64,000 nucleotides of DNA from Spirogloea muscicola (Eukaryota): NCBI GenBank assembly GCA_009602725.1, contig WELB01000032.1:166762-230761 (forward strand), written 5' to 3'. This document shows positions 12,801 to 24,267 of this stretch, piece after piece; the stretch's first letter is position 1, and each line of letters begins with the position of its first letter. The translations under genes were made by a program, and so were the position numbers. The notes beneath the pieces are model-generated. The model was not told where the DNA came from. It did no database searches and saw only the letters and a program-made list of their open reading frames with translations.

Positions 12801-15800
12801 TACTTTTGTGGCAGCCTCCTATTCCAAGCTATCCTCTGAAAAAGGCGCCCGACACAGCAAGCATGTCTCTCCCCTCGACATTCAGACTCGTGGAAGAATT
12901 TTGCCAACAAATGTAGCTACTGCCCATGTCTGTGCAGGTGACACCAGTCACAAAATGGACAAGAAGAACTTCAGGTGGGGCTTTACTAACAAGCTGCTGA
13001 TTCCAAAGAGGATCCAATTGTAACTGCCGGGTGTAGCACCAATTGAAACCTGAACTAGATGACTACTCATGCTGACCTGCAAAGAATGTCTGCTGCATAG
13101 TTGGAGGGCGCACAGGCACATATTCTGGCCGTAGAATCGTGACGCAGAATCTGCAGTATGCATTCTACAACCTTCACGATGGAAGTTGCCAGGTCATAGT
13201 TAGTCGGTCTCCTTCCTTTGGTTGTCCCATGGGGCCCTCAATGGCCATGATGTTGTAAATACTGTGTCAAAATATTGCAAGGCCTTCTGTATCAAGAGTT
13301 GCATTCAAAAGGCATCAGACTGTAAAGAAGAGTCAATGACCTACTGTTATGGTCTTGCCAGTGCCAGGTGGCCCAATGATGGTATATGGGCTTGAGCCGT
13401 GGGAAGCATCCAGGAGCATCTTTACTGCGCCAATCTGCTCTTCATTCAGCACCTCATTGATCTGCCAGCCAGCATAAGACTGATATGGGTTGTATGCATG
13501 TAATCTGTGCTGATTACGCAAATGACAGTCAAGACATCTTTACTTGAATGAGGCTTTGTGAGATCATGGACACTGCTCAGCCTCAGGCTCAAGGGAAGTC
13601 TTACCAGCTGCAGTGGCTCCCTTGCCTCCAAGAGTCTTCTGCAAACACAGTGGACCGTGATCATTTGCACTGGCAAGGCAAAGCATCATGTTTCATGCCT
13701 TTCAATCTGCAGAATGTGGGAGGTCTGCCTAGCAGTTGACGACTTCTTGGGTGATTACCTCGCGCTGTCGCCTCCGTCTGCTGGTTTGTCTTCTGTCAGG
13801 TCTTGCGTCTGCGCAGAGGACTTACTCTGGGCCTCTTCTACCTCGCAGTGGCAGGGCAGAAGTGTGACCTGACACGACCTGGCCGCGCTTATGGCAACGT
13901 GCATCCGCTGCCAAGCAAGGACAAGCTAATCAGCTCTTTGTCGGTATTGTTACCTGCAAGGTAAAAGTAACTAAGGGTAACACCCAGTCACAAAGAATGG
14001 CATATCTGACCTTGATTTCATTGACATAAGCGCTGGCCATTTGTGGGTTCCCAGGAGAAGGTTTCGTTCACCTCCAATGCAAGACGATCAAAGCTGAAGC
14101 GGACATGGACTAATGCGTGCTCTAGCGAATGGACAGAAGAGGTGAAAGCCTCCGTTAAGCGCAAGTACAGCTGAACACAGTCAAGACAGCCACCGAGGTA
14201 TCACTTGTAGTGCTTGCTGAGAACTACAGCTTTGTGCCATACTCTTCTCATCTCCTCCTTCGACTAATTTATGCAAACCATTGCTCTATACAGGTTGCGA
14301 ATCTTTCTAGGAATCTGGGCATCACCTGGGGAGTCTCCCGGAGATCTAGTGCCTGTACAGTAGCAGCACATTCAATAAAGGGAAGCCGAGCGAGGCGTAC
14401 GTACACCACATCTCCTCTCAGTACTGCTGGCCTGTTTTCTAGCAGGCCAGGTACCTTACAAAGAGGAAGTAAAAGATATGTCAGCGTTGTTCCTGAAGGC
14501 GCAGTACCTGCCTCAGGTCAGGAAGTGCTTGGAAAAGCTGTCCCTGCCTGGAGCTGGTACACGAGCTTGTCTGAAGCAAGCGGCATCCGCTGGAGAAGAT
14601 GCACGTTAAACATGTCGTAGGCCCTGATGTCATGTTGTATGGCAGCCTCCTCGAGCTTCAGTTGATTTGATAGCTGCAAAAGGGCAGCACTTTCGTAGTC
14701 AAAGCAGTGCTCCGTGAGGACGCAACAAGCTGGGAGTCAAGGTCACCATCAAGCTTCTGCATGCTGACTTGGTAGCTTTCATGGAGCAAGGAAATGTCAT
14801 TTCATCGACAAGCAGCAAGCCTGAGAAATACCTCATCCAGTTGCCTGTCGAGACAGCCACACTTTTGCCGGCTGCTTTGGTGAGGAGCTAGCAAAGGGGT
14901 GACGTTGCTGGGGCCCCTGTTGACATGCAATGGCGCATGGAGAGGCTTCCAAGAGGCCGGCAGAACCACCTGCTGATAGTAGCTCGCCATCCATGGCAGC
15001 ATCTCCGGACGCCGCGCCACTGAGAATTGAAGAGGGGGCTTGTCAAAGAGGTACTTCAGGGAGGCCGGGAAGAAGGGCTTTGCTTCCTTGCTGCATGCAG
15101 AAGAATGAGTAGCGGTAGCAGCATCAGCAAGAGCAACAGATGAAGCTGCAGGCTTTCATCGGAAGTATAGCTGGATGAACAGCAGCATGCTAATCTCTGC
15201 ACCTTAGAAGGGAGTCCACCTCCACGGCATTGCGAGCAATAAGTGCAGTGACCCTGCGCCCCACAATGCAGAAAGCCTCGGAATCCCGTGGAGAGGAGTC
15301 GCTGGCAACTGTCGGGCACAGGGCGAAAGTCAAGAGCAGCCACTGCTGCAGGAAGGCCGCCTCCTGGGGCATGCACAGCAGCTCCTGTGGTGCACGCCCA
15401 CGCCTTTGAGCTATGAGACAAGGCAGCTGCCAGTCCCAGCAGTTTGATCATAAAGCTGAAGCCTGAGCCCCTTTTGGACATGAATATTGGATCCTCAACT
15501 GAAGTCCCCATCCTATGCGCTTGATCCTGGACTTTTGACTGACGGCGTCCTGCCCCAGTTCACTGCGCCCTGCCCTGCCGCAGTACAAGGCAGTGCAGGC
15601 AAGCCAGCACTGGCTGGACTGCAGGATGAGAGCCTGGAGCAGAGCGCGAGCACGAGCAAGGCGGTACTCACGACGGTGAGCTGGTACTCTGAGCGGGGCG
15701 GCAGGAGCACAGCTCGGCGGGCACCTCGTTCGCTTGGCCTGGCAAGGCCGTGGCCGTCGTGGATCGACGTGGTGGCGCCCAGAGACGGCAGCAGCCGCAG

Positions 15801-16288
15801 GTCCAGCAGCAGCGCAGGCACATCGCCGCAGTTGTGCACTGACAAGGACCTGAAGTAGGCTGGCGCGGAGCTGGTGTCACCAGAGGGCAGCAGCGGCCCC
15901 CGGAAGCTGGGCAGGAATGGGGGAGCGGCCTCCTGGGCAAAGGCGGCAGCGCGCTTGACGCCAAAGTCCACACTGTGCGAGAGGACGATGGGGCCGCCCG
16001 CCTGCATGAGCTGCATGGCCACCGGCATGGCCGTCAAACGAAGCATGGTGACCTCAGACGAGACGGCAGCGCAAGCCAAGGTAAGGGCAAGGCAAGGCAG
16101 GGCAAGGCTGGACAAGGCAGGGCGGCGCAGAGGAGCACCGCTTGGGGGCCCGCGCGGATAGCGCCCAGCAGGCGCGCCTCGTGGCCGGCCATGGCCTCCG
16201 CCGCCCATGCGGGGAGCGCCGCGGCGGCCGCCTGTGGCGGGCTCGGGTACAGGTCCAGGCTCATCTCCGCGGCCCGGCGGGGGTTCAT
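9821..16288 (-). CDS. MOV10/SDE3/Armitage-like UPF1-family (SF1) RNA helicase, multi-exon
   Basis: Exons encode VPGLLENRPAVLRGD (~14450), Walker A IIGPPGTGKT (~13370), FSHILIDEAGQ (~12420), GDPCQLGP (~12100), LIKNYR (~11715), YFNSVEA and IGVMTPYRKQV (~11000-11100), VGTVDDYQ/GQEERIIFISTV and KRFNVAITRAK (~10450-10830). Start (16288 or 16264) is uncertain. Confidence 0.9.
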
Positions 16289-16519
16289 GGGCTCCTCTGA
16301 AGCTCGCCGTGCTTGCCGAGCGAGGCCCTGCGAAGCCGGCGCCGACTCCGAGAGCCACGGTGATGATTCTGGGAGCTGCCAGGCCCACCTGCGACTGCGT
16401 CAGGCCGAGCATGGGGGCCTGCTGCAGCCGCACCACACAGCAAGTCCCCTGACTGTCTCAACCAGTTGGAGTGAGGAGAAGGGTCCTGGAGGAGGTGTCA
16501 GCTCCTGTCAGGTTCCTGC

Positions 16520-17760
16520 AGCAGTCAATGCGCTCTCGCTGCGGCCTCCGGCTTTCGTCAGGGGGATAGTTTTCCGGCAGCTAGTCTGCCGGATGTGAGG
16601 CTCCTCACTCGTAACTACTGAGTGGTGCATCCTCCCCCGTTCTGCCATCGCCTCTTCAGGCCCCGCAGTCGCTGCTTAGCTCGTACTTTGGCCCCTTCGA
16701 ACCTTGTCAATTCTTTCCGGGCTGGCTTCTCACACTCCTTGCCCCCATGGGGAGAGCCACTTCGCCTCACTCGTAACTACTGAGTGATCCATTCCTCCCC
16801 CGTTCTGCCGTAGCCTCTTCTGGCCCCGAAGTCGCTGCTTGGCTCGTACTTTTGCCCCTTCAAACCTTGTCAATTCTGTTCGGGCTGGCTTCTCACAGCC
16901 CTTGCCCCCATGGGGAGAGCCACTTCGCCTCAATGGCACACGCGCTTCATCTGCAAGCTGGTCGTGCTTTGGCTGCAGTATTCTGGCCCCTTCGAACCAT
17001 GTTCATTCTTTTTCGTTGGCCTGGCCGAGCACAGCCATCGCCCTCTACTGCAATAGACTGCGTGCTGCCCGTGCTGTTGCTCTTGCTGCAGCCTCTGGCT
17101 TCCGTCAGGAGGATTGCTTTCCAGCTGCTAGTCTTTCTGGTTTGCGGCTCCTCACTAGAGGTTACTGAGTGATTATCTTAACGACGTTCACGGGGCGTTT
17201 GGCGCTCGGTGACTCGAGCTCCTCCACCGGCTCTTGCACAGCGCTGTATCCCGCCATTACCAGGGCGGGGAGCAGGCTGACTTCAACGCAGCAGGCCCTC
17301 TCGCTCAGGTGTATCGCCTGCGCCTGTCCGTCTTGCTGCAGCGGTCAATGGCACGCGCGTTGCATCTGCGTGCCGGTTGCGCATTGGCTGCAGCCTCTGG
17401 CTCTGGTTTGGGAGAACCACTTCTGTCTCTCTTTAGGAGAGCCACTTTCTCTTTCTCTCCGGAGGAGGTGCAGAGAAAGTCAGGCGAAATTCCAGCGGGA
17501 GTAGAAATTAAGCTTTTCCAAAGCATTCGGCCCTTTGGACATTGTTCGTTCTTTCTCTAGGCTGGCCATTCACAGCCCCTGCCTCCTGCGGAAAAGCTCA
17601 CTTCTTCTTCCAAAGGGGGCGGGGGCTGTGAAAGAAGAAAGTCCTCATCATAGAGGGCGATGGCTGTGAATGAAGTTGGCTCATTCCAAAGGGGGCGAGG
17701 GCTGTGAAAAGCCAGCCCAGAAAGAATGGCCAAGGTGAATGGACAAGAATGGACAAGAAG
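16520..17760. mobile_element. Cluster of 5'-truncated CRE-like non-LTR retrotransposon 3' ends
   Basis: Repeated fragments encode the C-terminus seen at 28-30 kb (DVHGAFG, RLSVLLQRSMARALHLRAG, RLLTRGY*/RLLTRNY*). They are followed by the 3' motif GGGCTGGCTTCTCACAGCCC...GGGAGAGCCACTTC (16720-16763, 16882-16926) and an antisense copy at ~17670-17750. Confidence 0.8.
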
Positions 17761-18186
17761 AGCACAGCCTTGCAAACGGTCGCGTGGAGCTTGCAATGGT
17801 GGGCTGCAAGAACAACCACGACAAATAGCGACTTGCGTGCTCAGCAGGCAGGCAGGCAGTCACTTGTCTGTCACACATGGGGCCCCACTGCCCTCTCCAA
17901 TGGTTGTGCAACTTCAGTGACCGTGCTAATGTCTTGGAGGTAGTTGCGGGACCGCCAACTTGGCGATGATCAACGATCAATACTTGTGATCAATGATCTA
18001 ATGCAGTACTTGTGCTGCGACCAGTCGAGCAGGCCTTGGCTCCCTTAGCTCGCTGCCACAGGCAAAGTGTAGCGTAGCATTTATCCTATCGCGCCACCTT
18101 GCACACTAGAGGGCTGCAAAAATAGGGACACAGAGCAGTATGTACATTTGCTGGCCAGCACCTACCGACCTGTATCAAGTAGAAGC

Positions 18187-21100
18187 CTAGGCAACACCCA
18201 CAACGCACACCTTGTGATCAAATGCCCGAATTGCAAGAGGGGGGCCCAGTGGCTGGCATGTGGTGCTGGAAGGGGCGTAGTTGTGACTAGTGCTTGCGTC
18301 AGCCGACAAGTCCTGGCAAGACCCGGTGACTCTGAGTGTGTAGTCGCCAGGGACGAGGAAGCACAGCGCAAACTGGTGTACCACCGAGCTCCGAGGGTAT
18401 ACATCCTCGTCTACTCTATGCAGCGATCCTGCATGATCAAGTTCGGCATGCGTACATTGTAAGCCGTCTGCAACATAGTCACTTGGTTGATCAAAAGCTA
18501 CACAATGTAGTGGTATGTGCAGAGGCTGCAAGCTGAAGCAGGATGCCCACATACAGCTCGCACGCTGTCATGAGTTCTGCAGATGCAAGCTCAAGCAACA
18601 TGCTCAATAAGTAAACCAGCCTCATACCAGCCCAAAGAATGGTTGCCTTGCTTCCAGTTGCACCGAGGCAGGAGGAGCCCGTCACATCGCAGCATGCAAG
18701 TGTGAGCTCCAGCCTTGCTGCGGCCGGGCCACTGTTGTGGACGGTCAAGTCAATGCCAGTCATCTTCCGCGCCACGATATTGGTAATGCCCTTGCGGCTG
18801 ATCCGCATGGCCTCCTTCAGCGTCAAGGACAACGGCGCCGGAGACGAGGGCAGGCCTTCCTCTGCACCACCAGCAGCATCCATGGCGGCCTTGGTAGCAG
18901 AGTCGCTCGCGATGATGCCGCCCGCCCGGGCAAGGCTGAAGCGGAAGGTCAGGAGGTCTGGGAGGAGCGCAGCGATGGTGGGCCCCTGCAGTGCCTCCCG
19001 CACCTTGTCGCGGATGTAGAGCTCACCATGGCCGTTGCGGCTGGACCGCCAGAAGATCCTCACATGCAAGCAGAGCGCTGCTACAACACCCTCCAGCTCT
19101 GCCTCAGCTTTCTCTTCGTCCTCGTTGAGCACCCGTGCATCCCGTGGAAGGACAAATTGCTTAGCAGCGGCCTCGTTGCCGTAACTGCCCAGTTGCCTTT
19201 TGTCCCCAGCGGCCATGCTGGACTGGCTGACCTCCGCATCCTCTCCCAATGTCAAGCCCTCCAGTGGCACCAGCACTCTAGCCGAGCACTCGCGGTCAAC
19301 TGTAAGGCTGGTCCCTTTGGTGGAGTGAGACGAGCTGCCTTCAGGGGAACCCCCGAGAACGACACTGACATCAAAGCTTGCCTCAGTGCCGTTCCATAGC
19401 TCCAGCTCCAGGAGCCGGAATACCATCAAGTGGCGCTTACGAGGCACAGTCAGCGTTAGCACTCGCGATTCCAAGAGGTGCAGGCCTCGCTGCACATGGA
19501 GCTGCAGCGGGACTACGAGCCTCCTGCCAGGGGGGAGCGGAGCATCCTGCGCTGCCTCCTTCAGCCCTGTTTATAGCAGACACGAAAACCAAATGTCGGG
19601 CATTGCAAATCAGGTTTTCATTGACTGTTGGAATTTGAACCTGGAGCACGTGGTGGAGCGTGTCATATGTGAGTTGGCTAATTACGAGTCCATGCAACTG
19701 AAGTAATGGGCACGACACTGAAGCTAGCCTTGGCACTGACTTCACAGGCCTAGCGTTGGGCAAAATCTTCACCTGCATAGTGGATAGTGAGTGCTGATTC
19801 AGGTGCGTCCTTGCCAGAGCGATTCGCAGCTAGCACAGGCACCGCTGATTTTCTCGAGTCCTCAGCTCTAGCTGTCAGAGTGCCTCCGCTCCTGCCAACA
19901 CTTGTCGCCTGCAGGCCTTGCAGCACCAATCTGAATACGGCAGATTGCCCTGGAAGCAGCGGAAGCACGTCCGCCAGGGTGGCTCTGTCCACCATAGCGG
20001 CGTGGTCCAAGCTCCTGCCGGAGATGCCGATGTCGATCTCAGAGACAGGGACGATGCCAGCGTTCGTGATACGTACGTCGACCTCCTTAGCCTCGCCCTC
20101 GAAGAGCACAAACGAGGCCCGTTCACCACCCAGGACGCTTGCCACCAGCAGCGGCAGGGCTGGTATTGCCACCAGGCTGCCTGGCGGCATCAGGGCCTTG
20201 GCCCTGGTCGGCGAGCCTCGGAATGGATCTGCCAGGTGGCCAGCAGCAACCTCGTCGCCAGCGGATGAGAACAAGTGCTCCGACAGCACGCCGAAGCAGC
20301 GCACAAAGCACCCCCGCAGAAGGAGCCGTCCAGGGCGCCGCGGCACACATGACAAAGAAAGCAGCTGCGGAGGGCGGTTCGGTGGAAGACTGATCGATTT
20401 TGGAGGAGTTTCGCACACCAAGTTGCCGCACACTGGCTCTGGTTTGCCTTCTTCTTCGCTTGCGCTCACGCTGAGGGAGATGCTCTCTACCGTGAGATCA
20501 AAAGCGCACGGGTTGGCAACTTCGACAATGACCTGCATGCAAGAGGCCATTCTAAGATCCAACATTCAAGTGCTGCACATCCGCGTCGAGCCCTTGGCTC
20601 AGAGCAAGCTGCCTACAATTATCTGCCGCACTCAGGTTGCCATTGCTACTGCAGGCATCAGTAAGGAGCCAACAAAACATCAACTACTTTGTGACGCTAC
20701 CTGAGCAGGCTCGCCGCAGACCCAGAGGAGGTCTGGGCCGCTCTGCGCATTGCTGGCAGCAACAAATGGAGAGTAGATGAAGGGGCCTGAGCCAGAGCTC
20801 TGCCTCCACCACTGTCGCCCAGCACTTGTCCTCTTGACAACCTGTAGCTCTGGAGAGGTCGGTGCAACCTCGTGCAATCTGCAGGACAACAAGGTATTCC
20901 GAGGTAAGGTTGGCAATTAGCAGCAGAAAGAAGTTGAAGGGCTTGCTAGGTAAGTCAAGGCTGCAATCTAGCACGTGTTTGCAAAGAAGGGCACTAAGCA
21001 TTGCTGGGCACTTGCCTGATGAACGGCAAGACGGTTGACTTCGACCGGGTCCCAAGCGGCAGCTGGTTGGCAGATGCCGACAGAGCTGCTGCAAGCGAGT

Positions 21101-23999
21101 ACTGGCCAGTCGGCGTAATGAGGGGGTAGTGCTTTCTCAGCAGCCTTGAGGCTGCCTTCCACGCTGTGAGCGGGTCATTGGCTCTCACTGCCAGCGCAAG
21201 CATGTCGCCCAAAATGTCCATCTGGAGGGTGCTCCACTGCCCCTCCACCTCCTCACGAATCGTCCCTCCACTTTTGCCTTGAGGCCTTGCATCCTTTCCA
21301 TTAGAAGCACCCTTGTTCTTCCCGTCTGGATCGAGCTTATGATGCTTGGACTGATCCTGGCTTGATGCATCTCAAAAGGTATATAGCTCAGAAGAGTAGG
21401 CACGTAAGACCGCAAGTCGGAAGCAGATCAAGATACATTGTAGTGTGTACTTAATGAATTTGAAGTTCAGCAACTGCTAATTGCCCAACCCAGTTCTTGC
21501 AGACAAAGCACTGGTCAGGTGTATGCCATACCAAGTCCTTGTTGGTCTCCAGTGAGGCTTCCCCAAGACCGCGCAGGGAGTACACAGGTGCCAGGATGCC
21601 GAGCACGTGTAGAGCCGCCGTGGCGGCCCACTTGGAGTCAGCCTGGAGGTAGAGCTGGGCCACTTGGCGGGCGAAGAACCCAGACTTCCTTTTAAAGCCC
21701 ACCGCCCAGAAAAGTCTGGAGACCTGCAAGGTGCCAGTGCTGAACATGTTCAGGGGTTAAGGTTTTAGAATTTGTCATCACGCGCCTGTATGCTCGTAGG
21801 TCAGCAACTAAAGAACCTAGAAGGATTGACCAGTAACCCTTGGCTAGCGGATTGAGGCTCCCTGCTGAGCCTCCAGGACTTGCCAATACCAGAAGAGCCC
21901 TGCGCATCTCACCTCCATATTGAAAATGACGCGGTCGGATGGATCCAGGAGCTGTCTGCTGTTCTCAATTGCAGCTGTAAGCAGCTCCTTCACTTCGAAG
22001 ACTTTATTTGGTCTCCTGCCGTGCTCCAAGCAATTGACGAGTTACTCGGCACATCATCAAAGTGTAACATGCAAGCACACTGAGTCCGTTGATGAATGAG
22101 CAAGCAGCACATCAGCGTTAGCATGCAGTTGAGGTTGCAGAATGATACTTGGAGAAGAATTTTGCGAGCTTGATGGTGGCCTCCAGCTCAAAGATCAGAG
22201 CGCCTGCTCTGGAGAGTGGTGCAGTGCTAAAATCAGGCCAGCCAAGCTGCGACGATGTATGGCAGGCTTGTTGAAACTTGCTTCCGCAACGGCTGAATCT
22301 CTGGATGGAGTACCTGCACATTTGAAAGTGGCATAGCAAAACATGGTCTGGGGGTGCGATTCTCTTGCCTGTGATAAAGCTGCAGGACCTCAGAGTAGCG
22401 CATGCGGACCTCCTCTTCCACCAATGCATCTCGTGCTCCTTCTCTATCCACCTTCTCCAGCAGACCAGTTGCATCAGACATTCAGGTCTTTCAGCTCGAC
22501 CAGGTACTGTGGTCAGCTGGAAAATGTCAAAATTTTAGGCTGCCATGCACCTTGTGCAATATAATGGGCGCCACTTATTCTTTAGCTTGAGGTCAGAAGC
22601 CAGAGAAGGAGACACATAGCACGAAAAAATATCGCACTGGAGATTGGTCGCAAACAGCCACGAATGGCGGGTATGCCAAATGGGTCATCCAGTCTGGCTC
22701 AAGGTATTCGAGTGATACCACAAGGGCGCAGAGGCTCCCCTCAATGGCGCCGGCCAGCCAGAAGAGGTCCCCAGTCAGGCGGGCGAGCTCGGCGGCGGTG
22801 GCATAGTGCAGGTGTGCATCCTGCGCCGACCCTGCAAGGAGGCAGAAGTCTCCCATGGCCTTCTGGACCCGCCCCAGCCGCTTCTTCTTTGTCTTACCCA
22901 CCTGGTGAGCATGGACAAGGAGTGATCCTCCCTGAGCTCGCATGCAGCCCCACATCTCAAGAGTGCTCATGGCCAACGTGGGCATGGAACACGTGAAACT
23001 GGACCATACCTCTTCCGTGGTCAGTGCCGCCTGGGTGTCGAGTGGCGAGGAGAGGAAGGCCCCCATAGGCTCAGCATGGAGCACCCAGCTCTCAAACGCC
23101 ATCAGTAAGGCTGCTCCGAATTCCTGCGGACGGCGGCTCAGAGTCAGGACTCCTAGGCTCTTGCCCACGCCTGGTGAATGAGGTACTTGCCAGGCGCCTC
23201 AGCTCGACAGACTGGATTGTGCATAAGCTGCCCCTCAGGGTGGAGCCCACTACACACTCATTAGCACCAGCGACATCAGTTCCTGTGAGAGTTCCTGTGG
23301 AGGGCAGTTATGCTGATGTCCCTGTAGTTGCCCCCCTCTCCACGAGCGCTGCACCAGTTCTGTGCGCAACTTGACCTGCATGAGTGTCGCTAGGTGGAAG
23401 TCCAGCAGCTGCTGGTCCCCACGGGGCAGTATCACAACGCCCTCCTGCTCAACCTGCCAATTGGTCGGGACGGTCGTGCCGGCAGCCGGTCAGCAGCCAT
23501 AGCCGAGAAGCTCTTTGCCACCACGCAACTCGGCATGCGATGCGCAGGGCGGGCAGGCCACCTCCTGCTTGAAAGGGGAGCGGACCTCGGCGTCGTCGAC
23601 GTCAAAGGCAAAGCAGCGGTGCGTCTGCGCAGCCGGGTAGCTGCGGCAGGCGGCGAGGAAGTCGTCGTAGGCGGCGGCGAGCGCGGCGCCGGCGGTGGGG
23701 CCGTGGCAAAGGCCGATGACGCCGAGGATGCGGCGGCTGGCCTGGAAGTCCTCCCAAGGCGAGCGCGGCGCGCCGCCGGGGACGAAGCCCAGGTGCAGCG
23801 CGCCGCTGTCCCACGGCTGCAGCGCGAACGGGCTCTTCTGGTGCTCCACGTAGAAGCTGCTGGCCGTCGACAGCTCGATGCGGCCGTGCCTGGCCAGCAG
23901 CGCGAAGGCGCCGCGGAAGGCGGCCGCCGAGGTGCCGCCGACCGGCAGCACCGCCACGCGCACCACGCACGCCCGCTCGATGCTCGCGTCCGGCTCCAT
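18187..23999 (-). CDS. TRS120: TRAPP II subunit TRS120/TRAPPC9, multi-exon
   Basis: Starts MEPDASIERACVVRVAVLPVG. Contains SPWEDFQASRRILGVIG, KKKRLGRVQKAMGDFCLLAGS, GFKRKSGFFARQVA, SGPFIYSPF, VEVANPCAFDLTVESISLSV and C-terminal FLVPGDYTL..GPP, all typical of plant TRS120. Confidence 0.93.
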
Positions 24000-24046
24000 G
24001 CCGTCGCTCCCGGTGGGCGGCCCGCAGGCCTCCGCGCCTAGCGCCG

Positions 24047-24267
24047 NNNNNNNNNNNNNNNNNNNNNNNNNNNNNNNNNNNNNNNNNNNNNNNNNNNNNN
24101 NNNNNNNNNNNNNNNNNNNNNNNNNNNNNNNNNNNNNNNNNNNNNNNNNNNNNNNNNNNNNNNNNNNNNNNNNNNNNNNNNNNNNNNNNNNNNNNNNNNN
24201 NNNNNNNNNNNNNNNNNNNNNNNNNNNNNNNNNNNNNNNNNNNNNNNNNNNNNNNNNNNNNNNNNNN
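24047..24267. other. Assembly gap (N run) covering the TRS120/ALKBH8 divergent promoter and the ALKBH8 start
   Basis: Run of n in a very GC-rich context. Confidence 1.

Noticed and set aside
16640..16930. CRISPR-like repeat/spacer array
   Set aside because: The repeats are 110-270-bp retroelement 3' ends with irregular spacing; eukaryotic context and no cas genes.
17830..18075. Possible ancient CRE endonuclease remnant downstream of TRS120
   Set aside because: Only faint resemblance (RANVLEV.., AATGK); too degenerate to support by eye.
19787..20704. Long antisense ORFs over host exons (also 7004-7672, 18737-19399, 23394-24041)
   Set aside because: Shadow ORFs of GC-rich coding exons on the opposite strand.
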